64,000 nt of DNA from NCBI RefSeq assembly GCF_031769215.1, contig NW_026782404.1, forward strand, positions 186,001 to 250,000. The letters are read 5' to 3'. Under the pieces are notes generated by a model, which was given only the letters and a program-made list of their open reading frames with translations, did not search any database and was not told where the DNA came from. Of the stretch, positions 13,199 through 26,400 are shown one piece after another. Source of the stretch: Ylistrum balloti. Its lineage: Eukaryota. Made by a program: the position numbers and the translations under genes. Position 1 is the first letter of the stretch, and the number at the start of each line of letters is the position of its first letter.

Positions 13199-14344
13199 TA
13201 CATCCATAACCATCCGTTAATGCTGACTACAGTGTACATACCAATACCAATGGGACAGTTAAAGAATATTCACATTTATCAAGATGGATAGTTTGGGTTC
13301 ATTTTCTGCCATAAAAAATGTTTGTTGATCGCCATACGTGACAAGGTCTGTTACAGAATAATAACATTTATCAAAACGGACCTCATTTTGACACGGTACA
13401 CCACAACCAGCATTGGTTTTAACGGAGAGTTCCATTTCTTTTATTCATATACACTGAACAAACATTATTTAATATGGTCGGTTTGATTTCATTCACACAA
13501 CAAACAAATCAACTTGGACGCCTTTGTTCTATTCGGCCACAGAGTGTGTTAATCACTGACGTTTATAACAAATGTTCTGCTTCTTTTTCCCGATTTATCA
13601 AAATGAATGGTTTCATCCTCATTCCTCCATAGTATACACCTGGTGACATTAACAAGACAAATGTATAGAATGAGAATCAGGGTAGCTATCTAACGGGTTT
13701 TACGTCCACGAAGGCCTTTCAGCGTATAAGAGGGTAGGACACAAAGCCTAATACAAAACATGTTACCCCAATAAAAGCACAAAGCAACCATAAAGGCGTC
13801 ACTTTGCTTTGTAAAGTGATTTTTTCTCAAGGCAATCCTAGTTCTCACGGAGAACGTGACATACTTGTATAAGATAAGCTTAGTATGGCGAGCGCCGTCA
13901 GTGAAACAGAAAATGCTTACATAGCATCCCGGAATTCTCGTGCACAAATACCTTGGCCAATGATTAACCTGATATCTGAATTAAAATATCACATCGATAA
14001 CCTGAAGAATTTCCGAAAGACTCAAAGTGAGATATTATTTTCAATGTTAAAGCCTTTGTGAAATGTTATTTTGTGATCTAAATGAGTTTAAAGAAAGATG
14101 GATTCAGCACAGATTTCATGATTGAGTATGGGAATGGTTTCCTGAATACGGGCCCGGATCTTCGGATCCGTGTCAATTATTCTTTTGTTTTATATTTTGC
14201 CCTCGTTTGTAGATTTGTTTTTCTAGATTTGGGATATTATGAACGTCATTTTTATGGCATTGTACTAAGTCAATGTTGTAACCATAATTTAAAAGTTCAG
14301 GAGTGTACACATGGACATAATAAGTAAGTACATGTGGCACGACA

Positions 14345-14825
14345 AATTACCCAAATCTACACACAACCTGCCCATATCTACCCAAATCTTACCCAAATCT
14401 ACCCATAACTTGTCCTTATCTACCCTCAACTTGTCCAAATCTACCCAAATTTTTCCCAAATCTATGCACAGCTTGACCAAATCTACCAAAATCTTATCTA
14501 TATCTTACCCAAATCTACCATAACTTGCCCAAATCTACTCACAACTTGCGTAAATCTTACCATAATCTACCCTCAGATTGCCCAGATCTACCCAATCTTA
14601 CCCAAATCTACCCACAAAATGCCCAGGTCTACCCAATCTTACCCACAGCTTGCCCAGGTCTAACCAATACTTGCCCAAATCTATCAAAATATTACCCTAA
14701 CCTTACCCAAATCATATCCAAATTCTACCAAAATCTATCACTACCTGCCTAAATCTTACCCAAGTATATCCACAACTTGCCCAAATCTACCCACAACTTG
14801 ACCAAATTTACCCAAATCTTACTGA
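14345..14825 (+). repeat. Degenerate C-rich minisatellite with ~10-11-bp subunit (cccaaatcta)
   Basis: Recurrent cccaaatct(t)a and cacaacttg subunits. CCC runs are exactly 10 nt apart at 14581, 14591, 14601 and 14611. Confidence 0.85.
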
Positions 14826-16075
14826 AATGTGAACAAGTATACTGAATCTTATCTGAATAATTAGCCAGTCTCTGCTTCTATTACCTCCCTTTCAACGTAA
14901 CTGCTTTTTTGTTACATAAAATATATTGTTTCCATTCATATTTCACAACGGTTAATAAAGATATATTTCAATTTGTCAACAATCAATATTAAAAGAACAA
15001 ATATATGGAAAATATAAAACAGATTTAAATGCTAATTAATAAAACTTCCTGAGTTAGGCCAGGACACTTGGAAAAAATCCCTCTAATAATGATCTCTGTT
15101 ACCAAGAGGTATCAACAAGGTGGCAATATCTTTAGGTACTGAGATGGTGGTGATGTTATTCAATCCTACATGTAAAGAAGCAAGATCTGCAGACAGTTGT
15201 CCATTCCATCTGTATGAAGGCCTCCTTACCACAAAATACTGTTGTTCCCGGAACTGCAACATCTTCAATACAATAGTTACACAACTTCTTAATGTAACTG
15301 CTACCGAACAAATGTGTTACTACCATGGTCTTTTTGTTTTCACAAATAATCTTTTTTTCCGCTTTAGCATTTTCTTTCACAATCAACTTCTCAAGTGTTC
15401 AACCATAGCCAATAACAGATAAGATTTATGATTAACCACATCTTCTGTAAGAAACAACACTGCACACAACCAAAGAAATATGAGCATGGTTTTGGTGGGA
15501 GGTGTTAACTGCAATGGTCAAATTTCGGCATGAAATGAGTGATTGTTGTTGAACAACCAGAAAGTGAGAATGAGTTGACTTGACAATGACCCAGTTGGAA
15601 GACATTAAAGCACTTTCATCAAGTTGAAAATGAGATTGGCAGCCAGTAAGTACCTAAATATATTCTTTCTCCATTTGTTTTCAGTAGTCAGAAATTACCT
15701 AGGTATGCCTCATAGTAGTTTAGTACAACAATATAACGTAATTGTACTTCATAATTCTTGGAAAACAAAGTGTTCATAATAAGGTAACAGTTCTTTTCAC
15801 TTCTTTATTGAAAATGAGCTGAAACTATTGCCAAGATGATTCACCCATATGTGTAGGACGGTTTCATCAGAAAAGAAAATACCAGCAACATTATCACAAT
15901 CCAAACTTCACATATTCATCATACCCACTGACTTTTTAGAATATTCGAAGCCCATGTCATAACTAATCACTGCTGTTGTGCAACTTGGAATCCTTTTTAC
16001 ATAAATTATTACCGTGACACTGAAACTGCTGGTCATGATATGTTGGTGATATATTGATAAAATGGAAGCTTCCAA

Positions 16076-16586
16076 AGGACGAGCCTCTAGTGGTATAAGG
16101 TAAAAGGATGAGCCCCTAGTGGTATAATGTTAAATGATGAGCCTCTAGTGGTATAAGGTAAAAGGATGAGCCCCTAGTGGTATAAGGTTAAAGGATGAGC
16201 CTCTAGTGGTATAAGGTAAAAGGATGAGCCTCTAGTGGTATAAGGTTAAAGGATGAGCCTCTAGTGGTATAAGGTTAAAGGATGAGCCCCTAGTGGTATA
16301 AGGTTAAAGAGCCTATAGTGAAAAAAGCTAATGGATGAGCCTCTTGTGGTATAAGGTTAAAGGATGAGCCTCTAGTGGTATAAGGTTACATGATGAGCCT
16401 CTAGTGGTATAAGGTTAAATGATGAGCCTCTAGTGGTATAAGGTTAAAGGATGAGCCTCTAGTGGTATAAGGTTAAATGATGAGCCTCTAGTGGTATATG
16501 GTTAAAGGATGAGCCTCTAGTGGTATAAGGTTAAAGGATGAGCCTCTAGTGGTATAAGGTTAAATGATGAGCCTCTAGTGGTATAA
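16076..16586 (+). repeat. 29-bp tandem array (~17 copies)
   Basis: Unit gatgagcctctagtggtataaggttaaag, period 29 (16392 and 16421). Confidence 0.95.
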
Positions 16587-19034
16587 GTGTTCATTGGAGA
16601 TGACAGCTAAGCTCTTGTTATAAAAAAAAACTGTCTGTATAGCAAGCAAGTTATGGCGTGGCATAGCGCTGAGCATTCGTACATTTACTGTCAATGTTGC
16701 CTTCAAATAACTGGTCAATATTTGTTCATATATATGACCTGATCAATGTCCAAGGGATCAAATTTAATGACATCTCGCATAACAACCAAGAGTATTAAGA
16801 TCATGATATTAGATCAGTGCCATGCTGTGATAAAAAGCCTACTACCTTGGTTCATATGTCAAATGTGTATCGAACCACTTCTGTTGATGACAAAAGGTTG
16901 GAAGTTTATTTTTTCTCTAATGCTTGAATGAAAGGCTTTCAAACTTTGTTCATATAAACTGCCTTATTTTGAAAACTTATTACAGTGACTGATCATATGC
17001 ATAATTAGTAGATTTGATAAAGAAACTTATCTGCAATATGACTATTTTCCTAAAGGAACAGTCCTTGAAACCTTTCCTGAGTCCACTTTGCCTGTAAATT
17101 TAAAGTTAGCAAAATTGTGATTTTCAATGGAGGAGAGTCTGTAAAACCATTTTTCTTTTTGTTTATAATTAACATTCATTTTCTTGTTGTAACTTCAAAA
17201 CTTTATCAGTAATTTACTTGCTGCAATGAAAGCCATGCAGAATGGATATAAACACTTGTGCTTCCAAAATGTTTGTTGATATTTGTTTTTATTTTAGCAG
17301 TTGATGCATGCAATATATCAGTCACTGCACTGAAAATTGTAATAGATACATCAATGTGACAGAATTGGATATATTTAAGAAGAATTATGTGAAATAAAAC
17401 AGAATCACACACTACAATTTCTAGTTTTTACTTCTATTACCCTTGGAAAAGGTAACTAAACTTGCAAAATTATATTGTCTACCTCACCAAACAAATGGTT
17501 TGCTAGGAATAAACATTTTATTCTTTTGAATTTAGCAGAGACCTTGCACCATTTTTAGCATGCTTACAAAGATGTACTTAACCATCAGATTTATTAAAAA
17601 AGAAAAGAAAAAAAACTGTAACTACAACATGACTTCAAATTCTGTAGAGATCTGTTAATTGAGATCCTACACAGATAGCTGAAAACCTTGTGATGATATT
17701 TCAATTCTCTGCACAAAGTTAAAACAAATGTTACAAGTATGAATGATGTAAACATTGTACATAGCTAACAATATTCAAGATAATTAAGAATTACACAGAT
17801 ATTTCTACTCCTATGTCACATATGTAACTGCAATATCAGAGTGTCTCACAAAGGACCAGACACACAAGTTTAATCTTAATTAGTTTGAGCTACAGATGTA
17901 GAATGAAGACAAATGTTGGTTTGGAGTAACAGCCTGATAAATGTACACACAAATTTCTGGTCTATACCATCATTCATTTAATTTGCTTTGAAAAAAGCTC
18001 AGTGATTCTTTATTGATATCATTTAACATTAATAATCATTCATTGCTGAATAGAATAAACATGTCTACATTGTAGGTTTGTGTACATATTGCAGGTTTGT
18101 GTACGTGTATACAAACAGAATAAAGGTAAACTGTACAATTGGTTTATGTACATTGGCCACAGACAGCTGCAATACTAAGTAAAACACACAAAGATATATA
18201 TATTGTCAGTAAGCAAAATCAAACTTAAATATTATGAAAAAAAAGTGATTAAAAAAACAACAGGTTTGGAGGCATAGATAAAATTCTTCATCTCAGTACA
18301 TGCTCTTTTCCTCAATGAAATACAGAGACAATTCGGAAATCATTCACTTGACAAAGTTCATAATACTATTTCAGTTTAAAGAAGTCCAACTACATCATAA
18401 CTCTTTATAAAATTAAATAGTTTTGCATTTTTAGAAGTATACAATTACTGTAAATCGTAACTCTATATAAACTTTCATAGTTTTGAGTTTGGAGAGGTAC
18501 AAATACGTCACGATTATATAAAACCTCCACTGTTTACAGTCTTGTGAAGTCTTACTACTTTATACACCTTTTTACATTCTCGTAGTTCAGAGTCTGTAGA
18601 AGGTGGATAGATTTCATTAACCAGACAGTATCACAATATGCTTAAGACATACTATGGTAAAAAGTTTTAAAGTCCAAATGGACTATCCACACAATATATC
18701 TATGTTATCCTCAACATATTATATATCAAAATCATGACTCCTTTGTAACTACAATAATGTTCAAACTGTATATACAACTTAAATGAAATATTTCAAAAAA
18801 GAAATTTGTTATCCAACTTGATTAATATTGCCAAACAGATGTTGATATAACGATGTATGCCCAAGCTTGGAAATGTACAGCATTAATACAAAATAGTGTG
18901 TATAAGGTGTACATCAGTGTGTACCATGGCTGTGATTACCAATGACATCATTAACTGTAACATTAGCTAATCAATAAGGCCCTCCTAGTAACTAAATTCT
19001 AATGTTATCAATTATCCATAGGCAGACACCCTGC

Positions 19035-20437
19035 TCACTTTTTGTTTTTCTTCTTCCCAGATTTCTTTGGTGGTGGTTCACTTTGAGATTTTGCTTCTTT
19101 AGCCTTGACTTTCCTAGCCTCCCTAAAGGCCTTAATGTTTTCTTTGCCAATTAACCGATTGGCTTCCTCAAATATTTCTTTTTTGTATTTCTTCTCCATG
19201 CCATCAACTTTGACCATCAGTTCATAGGCCTTAAGGATTGATACACATCTATCCCGCTCATCTATCTTCTGACTTTCAAGTGTAGTGGACGGAAAGTCAG
19301 TTGGCCAAGTTTGTGGACAGAACTTCACCTTCTCAAAGTCTGTAATGTTACCCTCACCTGCTTCCACCATCAAATCATAAACTACCTGAATAAACATGTA
19401 GAAGATAGGTTACACCTGTATGGTCCAAAACCGTCTACTTATTGGTATTTAGTAAAAGTTAAGCATTGCTTCGAAATAAAGGTAAAAAAAGTGACTCCAA
19501 AAGGCAAAATATTTTAAAAGAACTACCAATTATGCTAAAGCTATTCTCAGACTAAAGGTAAAATTGTTCAATGCATTTTTGATATTGATGTTAATGACAA
19601 CTAGAAGTTGTTCTTATATTGATATATGATAACTTGTAAAAAAGAAGCTAGCAACACTGCAGTCCAGGAGCACTACATTAATTAAGACACAGTACACAAA
19701 CCTTTGTGTCATAGATGTTTGTACCATCAAGAAGAATCTCAAACTGTTTAAACAGGGTCTGAGAGGCATTGCCACAACCATGGAAAACCTGAAAAGATGG
19801 AGTGTGTTGATAATAAACATTTAATCTGAGTAAGCAACTTACTGGCAAATCAGTCAAATAATTCCCGTTTTTCAAGACATCTAAGGATAGTATCCATGAA
19901 ACATAAAATCATGTATATTTTTTGTAGTTTGTTTCGTTTAACTTATAGCTAAACCTTTGGTTTTTGTGAGTATAATGTATATGATTTCTGCAATTGTGCT
20001 GCAATTAAGTTTGATTTAATTTATAATCTGATATATGATGTAATTTAGAGTTACAATCAATTTACTTTTAAAATTTTTCAACTAAGTTGTAATAATTTCT
20101 GGAAAATTTTTATCATCAAATACCATTTGTGCATAAAGTTACAAGGCTACTATATATTTCCCTACCTTAGGGAATTCTTTAGAAGTGAGAAAATCATGTA
20201 GTTTGCCATCTGTTATCAAACTTTTATTCTCCCCAACACAAAACAGAAAACAGTCTTTCCTGTCCACACACAGAATGTGAGAAATGCTGCCTTCTTCCTC
20301 TCCCAATTTGTCTCCATAGCATGAAATGGCCACTGCTGACTTTGTTTCACAAATTCTTTCTACGGCACTTCTACTCTCAGGGCTGTCACTGATTTCTGTA
20401 ACCTCATACTCTATCAAGTGCAAAGAATCCATGTCAA
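19035..20437 (-). other. Egl/EXD1-like DEDDy 3'-5' exonuclease-fold domain, catalytically degenerate, encoded by TRPT1 exons 10-12
   Basis: AVAISCYGDKLG-x-GSISHILCVDRKDCFLFCV-x-ITDGKLHDFLTSKEFPKVFHGCGNASQTLFKQFEILLDGTNIYDTKVV parallels the remembered EXD1/Egl pattern IAVDCEGVNLG-x-G.LTLLQI-x-VYLFD-x-LK.LLES..I.KVIHDCR.DS.ALY.QFG-x-NVFDTQVA. Recognised by eye, not by HMM. Confidence 0.7.
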
Positions 20438-23400
20438 CTTTAAACATTAAGAACAAGGAAATATGACTGACAGAACAATATATGTCTTTCTCAGGTACAG
20501 AAGAACCTAACCATGTACTTAACAGCTGATTTATAAATTAACAATCACTTCCTCACTTTGTCACATGCAGTTGATAGACCAGAATAAACCTGCTTCATAA
20601 GTTTGTTAGAGTTTATCTGCACAACATTTCAGTACCTATACAGCAAATCACTGAGTGTAAAAACACAAGTTTCCTATTGAAAGGTATGAGAAAAATTCTG
20701 GATACTTAAGCACACATACTTTTAATCTCATACTGACAGGCTTATTCAAATATATTGGGCAAATGAATTCCTCTTGATTATCATATTACAAATGTATTAA
20801 ATCAAGGTTTCTTGGTTTTACACATGATATAGACAAAAGATTAAATAAGTCCTAAAGATACTAAACATACATGAATATTTCTATAGAAACATGTTTTTGT
20901 TTGTTACATTATATGCATGAAACAAAGATATCAAACCTTCCTCCACTTTGACTTCTGAGTTGGTCTCGGACCATTCGTCGTCCGAATAAGGAACAATTGG
21001 TTGACTTGGATTCTCATCAACTATGGGAGTATCAACTTTCTCTTTTTCTTCATGTAAATATTCTGTTGTATCTTCGGATGTGTCTTTTTTTTCAATAAAC
21101 ATGTCTGATATGTCAACATCTATCTCTGGTTGGTTTTCCTTCTTTTCTTTCTTCTCCTGACCTGTGTTTTTCTTCCCTTCCTCACTCTCATCCTCTCGCC
21201 CACGCTTTTTTGTTTTTTTATTCTTTTTCTTGCTTTTAGGAGCAGTTTCTTGAACATTTGTCTTGGTTATATTCTTGTCAAACTGCAGCATCCTTCCTGA
21301 TACAGAAAGAAGTGAAATATACATTGTTTATTCTGTGACGAAGCCTATAGATATTTGTATGAAGTTTGTTTCCTGGCATTTCAGAAAGACTATCCATTAA
21401 TTAATTAGTAATCAGAGAAATCACGCTGAGCACATATTATGTAGTTGAATTAATACAAACTTGATAGCAAATTTAATACAGATGACAAACTCTGCCATTG
21501 CGATACATGAACATCCATGTGTGTTATTCAAAAACATGATATACACCATGAGAATCCTGTATATAAAATTGTGAGATGGACAAACACGATGTAAGTTAAC
21601 AGTGGTAAACAATATTGTAGCTATTTCAATTTAATTTAATGTGGCTGATCATGCAATACTTACTTGGGTATCTTTGTACAACAGTATCAAAGTAAGCTGG
21701 GTAGATAATACCACGCTCATCTCCAGCCGACAGGATCACATTGTTGGCTGAACGGAAAAACTTGAGTCCATCTGTAAGATACAGAAATAAAGTTTAGCAA
21801 ATTTTGAATATGCATATTACAGTATATTGTATAACATACCAATATACAGATATAGATATATTAACACAGTGTGACAAGGCAAACATTCATTTTTCATTTT
21901 CATGTTTTGCTTTTGTTAGATTTGTGGGTACTCTTAATCAACAAAGTCATGTGTCTACTAGCTGTTAAAACTACTACAAGCAGATTTATTGACCTATATC
22001 TGTCCACGAAGTCAACTGTCAAGGAAATCGTAATTATGAAGAAGAGGCCTAGTGGCCTTGACAGTCACCTGAGATAAGCAATATTGAATATAAAGGTTAA
22101 AGGATAGTTATCAAGTGTCATGAAATAGAAATTGTGACCCTGAATATAGACAGTGTCAATACATGCATTCCATCAAAACTGTCATCCCATACTGATAATT
22201 TCTATAAAGTTATTTCCTGTGGGAAATAACCATTGTTATGCTCAAAAATACAATTTTTCTATGAAAATTACAGTAAAGTCTAAAAAACCCATTCCTCCTC
22301 ATTTTGGTCAATCTGAGTCAATTTGACCCCATTTGCCCTCTGGGGGATGGGGATTGTGTAATTCACAATTTAGGTTAATTTTAGGCCAGGGAAGGTTTCT
22401 GCAAAATTTCAATGAAATTGTATCAGGGGTTTTTGAGAAGAAGTCAAAAGTGTTAAATTGTTTACAGACACACAACACCACATGAAGGGTATTAGAATAG
22501 GTCACCATGAGACTTTGTCATACGTGACCTAAAAACCACAAAAACTAAGTTTGGCATCCTGTAATACAAGTGACTGTTTGTTTTTATTACATTATATTTG
22601 TGTCTTTTATTCGTGTTCATTCCCGTATGCATCGGTTACTTTCGATTTGTTAAATGTATATGTCTAGTAGGCCAGGAATAGGCATACTGTTGTAGGTTAC
22701 ATATTGTACATGTTGTGGACAATGACTGACCACTTGACCTGTGACATGCGCTGTTTAATTCTTTCTTCCTTATCCTACCTAAATTTTTCTTCCTTTTTTC
22801 ATTCTAATTTTTGGGCCTGAATCGAAAAGACATGTTTTTGATATTTCTCTTTACTCTCAAGTCCGTCGTGCCATACATAGAGATCTTTATGTTTCGTCTT
22901 TGAAAATATATATATGGAATGACTGTGTACTTCATCTGATTACATGTACAGCTAAATACCCTGTATAATATGGTATATATACTACATGGTATATCATTAC
23001 ATATCCCAAATCTCCATCTAATAATAGTTTTCTTATTAGTTTCAATTCCTGTACATACCAGCCAAGGCTTTCTTCATGTCCAACATTATAATCACCTCAC
23101 AGGAGGACCTCATCCCTGAAATAACATCATGCCAATAGATACAGATATTCATAAGCCTTAGTAATTGTGTCCAGATCTAGTCCTAGTCACATTATAAACA
23201 ATATTTGTCAATCCAGACAATATTGTAAAATTGGAAGAAATAAATGTGTGTATACTGAACCCAGTATTTATTTTGTGACTATACATGTATGATCATTTTT
23301 ACTCACCTGTTTTTATACATCCACCTATAGCTTTATCATTACAATTTATACTTTTATACATTTTACACTTGCAGCTATATATAATGCACAGCTAGTAAGT

Positions 23401-26400
23401 TTCCATTACATGGTGTCATATTTTAAAATGTTTTTCAGATTACAAGACAAAATTTTCAGCAAGTTATCATTTGTATATGTAGCTAATTAATCTATTTAAT
23501 TAAAAAAGATATTTAAACTTGCCCAAACTGCAAGTAATCATTAACATTAAGGTAATTTTGTGAAAAATTTGATATATTCATTGTTGAGAGAGTAATGAAA
23601 ACAGACAAAGCAAGAAAAATAATTTTCCACACTTCATATTTGTTATTAACTCTATAGTTCAATTTTTTCTAATATTTGAGGTTACCTGGCATACACTTTG
23701 AAATACTGTAAGTTACATGATGTACACCTTCCCAATTCTGCTGAATACCTCAGGTACAAATTGCAATAATTCTGGTGAAGTGTGGTACACTCTGTAATAT
23801 TTCTGATGACCTGATGGTCACCTAGTAATACATTTGGTTACCTGAGGTAAACATTGTAATACGTCTGACGACCTGATGGTCAATTAGTAATACTTTAGGT
23901 TACTTGGGGTAAACATAGTTATACTTCTGATGACCTGATGGTCACCTTGTTATACTTTTGGTTACCTGGGGTAAACATAGTTATACTTCATATGACCTAA
24001 TGTTCACCTTGTAATACTTTTGGTTACCTGAGGTACACATTGTTTTACTTCATATGACCTGATGTTTACCTTGTAATACTTTTGGTTACCTGGGGTAAAC
24101 ATAGTTATACTTCCGGTGACCTGATGGTCACCTTGTTATACTTTTGGGTACCTGGGGTAAACATAGTTATACTTCATATGACCTAATGTTCACCTTGTAA
24201 TACTTTTGGTTACCTGGGGTAAACATAGTTATATTTCATATGACCTGATGTTCACCTTGTAATACTTTTGGTTACCTGGGGTAAACATTGTTATACTTCA
24301 TATGACCTGATGGTCACCTTGTAATACTTTTGGTTACCTGAGGTAAACATTGTAATACTTCTGATGACCTGATGGTCACCTTGTAATACTTTTGGTTACC
24401 TGAGGTAAACATTGTTTTACTTCTGATGACCTGATGGTCACCTTGTAATACTTTTGGTTACCTGTGGTAAACATAGTAATACTTCTTATGACCTGATGGT
24501 CACCTTGTTATACTTTTGGTTACCTGAGGTAACCATTGTAATACTTCTGATGACCTGATGGTCACCTTGTAATACATACCACTAATAACTCCATTCTCGC
24601 CTGGTTCTCCTGCTGCAAAGTGAATGTGATTCCTTCCCATGCGACTCAGACCCTGCAAAACAATATCAATCAAAATAAAATGCTTACTTCATGTTATCAC
24701 TAGTACAGGATACATATTATTAACTTAGCCAGTTGTTATTACAACTGAAGTAAATGTGTGCAGTTTGGTCTGTTGATTCTATGCATTGGGTGATCATGCC
24801 TGTCATCCCATTTTCGAAAATCTGTCAAATGTTCTAAACCTATATCAGTATGCTTCCACTTCAATAATGTCAGGAATATTTTAGTGAATCTGCCTGTATC
24901 CAATTTTGGCATTTTCAGAGAGTATGATAAACAGGAAAGGTTACATTTTGTAAGAATGCAGAATCATTGGATGCATATCTTCAACAGTCAATACTTTTTA
25001 AGGGCAGACTCAAAATGACTGCAATTGATGATGGGCTTTAAAACAATCCAAAATAAAGTTGAGGCACAATGAATTTTGACTACATTAATGTCAGCTGGTC
25101 ATTCAGAGTAAAGGCTAGGCACTGTGACCTTCAGTCGTTACCATGAATTACAAGAGATCCCACAGGGACCTTGGCACCCACCATCCTTTGATCTTTATTT
25201 GTTCTTTGAAAGCTGGACCATTTCCTTTCTTTTCTCTTCTCTGTTTTTGCTCTTAATGATTAGAAATTTGAACATTCCTTTGCAGAAACAAAGATGATAA
25301 TCATTAACTACCAAATGCAAGATGGTCACGTGGAAGCCATTTTGTTTTTTTTTATCAGATTCAAAATCAAACTCTCACATATAGGGACAATGGGGAACCT
25401 ACAAATGAAATTTGAGAAAGATCAACCCAGTTTTTCTTAAGAAATAGCGATAACAAAATTTTTATACAGACAAACAGACCACAGACATATATGGCAATTT
25501 GGATACCATGGTAAACTACACTATAACCTCAGGTCATGGTTTATAGTAGGTTAGGGTTAAATCTTAGGCCATGGTATTAGCACTAGTGTCTGTAGTCAAT
25601 GATTACCGTTTTCTGTATGATTTCCCAGCTTTTCCAGTAAGTACCATGAATGACTTGGTCTACCTCGTTAGCACTGGTGATGGGTTTCAGGTCTAAATCA
25701 TCTACCTGAAAGTAAACAAACCTGTGTACATACCACTCTGGGGAGGACTACATTAGAGCTGAAAATCTAATTGTGATGATTATGGGTATAGTGCAGCCCT
25801 TTGACAGCTATTGATCACAGAAGCTATTAAAAGACAATTATAATTTGGATCAAAATGACAATAAAACGATCAAAAGATAATAATAAATGTGTCAATTATC
25901 CCACAAACAACAGTGATCTTTAAAACAGAAGTGACCTGAATAACTTCAAACAAAACTGATATGAAAGAAGGAAACAAGATCTTGCTTGCGAAAATAAATT
26001 ACAGTTCAAACTATCAGAGTTCGCATTACCAAAATCATGACATTATGTTTAAAATCATCTTAGCAAGGCAGGAAACTACTGCTCAGTAATAGCATTTTCT
26101 TTAAAACAATATGTCGATTATAAAATGATTTTCATTTTTCAAACTACTGCTCAGTAATAGCATTTTCTTTAAAACAATATGTCGATTATAAAATGATTTT
26201 CATTTGAAACACTTACTGCACTGCAATACATGTTAATACTGTTAAGATATCACAGGCTTCATTTAGTTCTTTATCACTTTGCAAAAGCCATATTAAATGT
26301 AGCCCGACATATGTCTGTTCTTGTATACACAGAAGTTAGCATTGACGAATCAGTAAGCAGTGTGAATTGAGACTTTACATGTCTTCAGGTTAGTGTTTGT

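Noticed and set aside
14155-14170. Perfect cggatc-TTCG-gatccg hairpin (C(UUCG)G tetraloop)
   Set aside because: Isolated 6-bp stem with no surrounding ncRNA structure or Helitron CTRR end; it could be chance.
15083-16080. Short ORFs and splice-like signals between the minisatellite and the 29-bp array
   Set aside because: No consistent exon chain or recognisable domain; possibly old TE debris.
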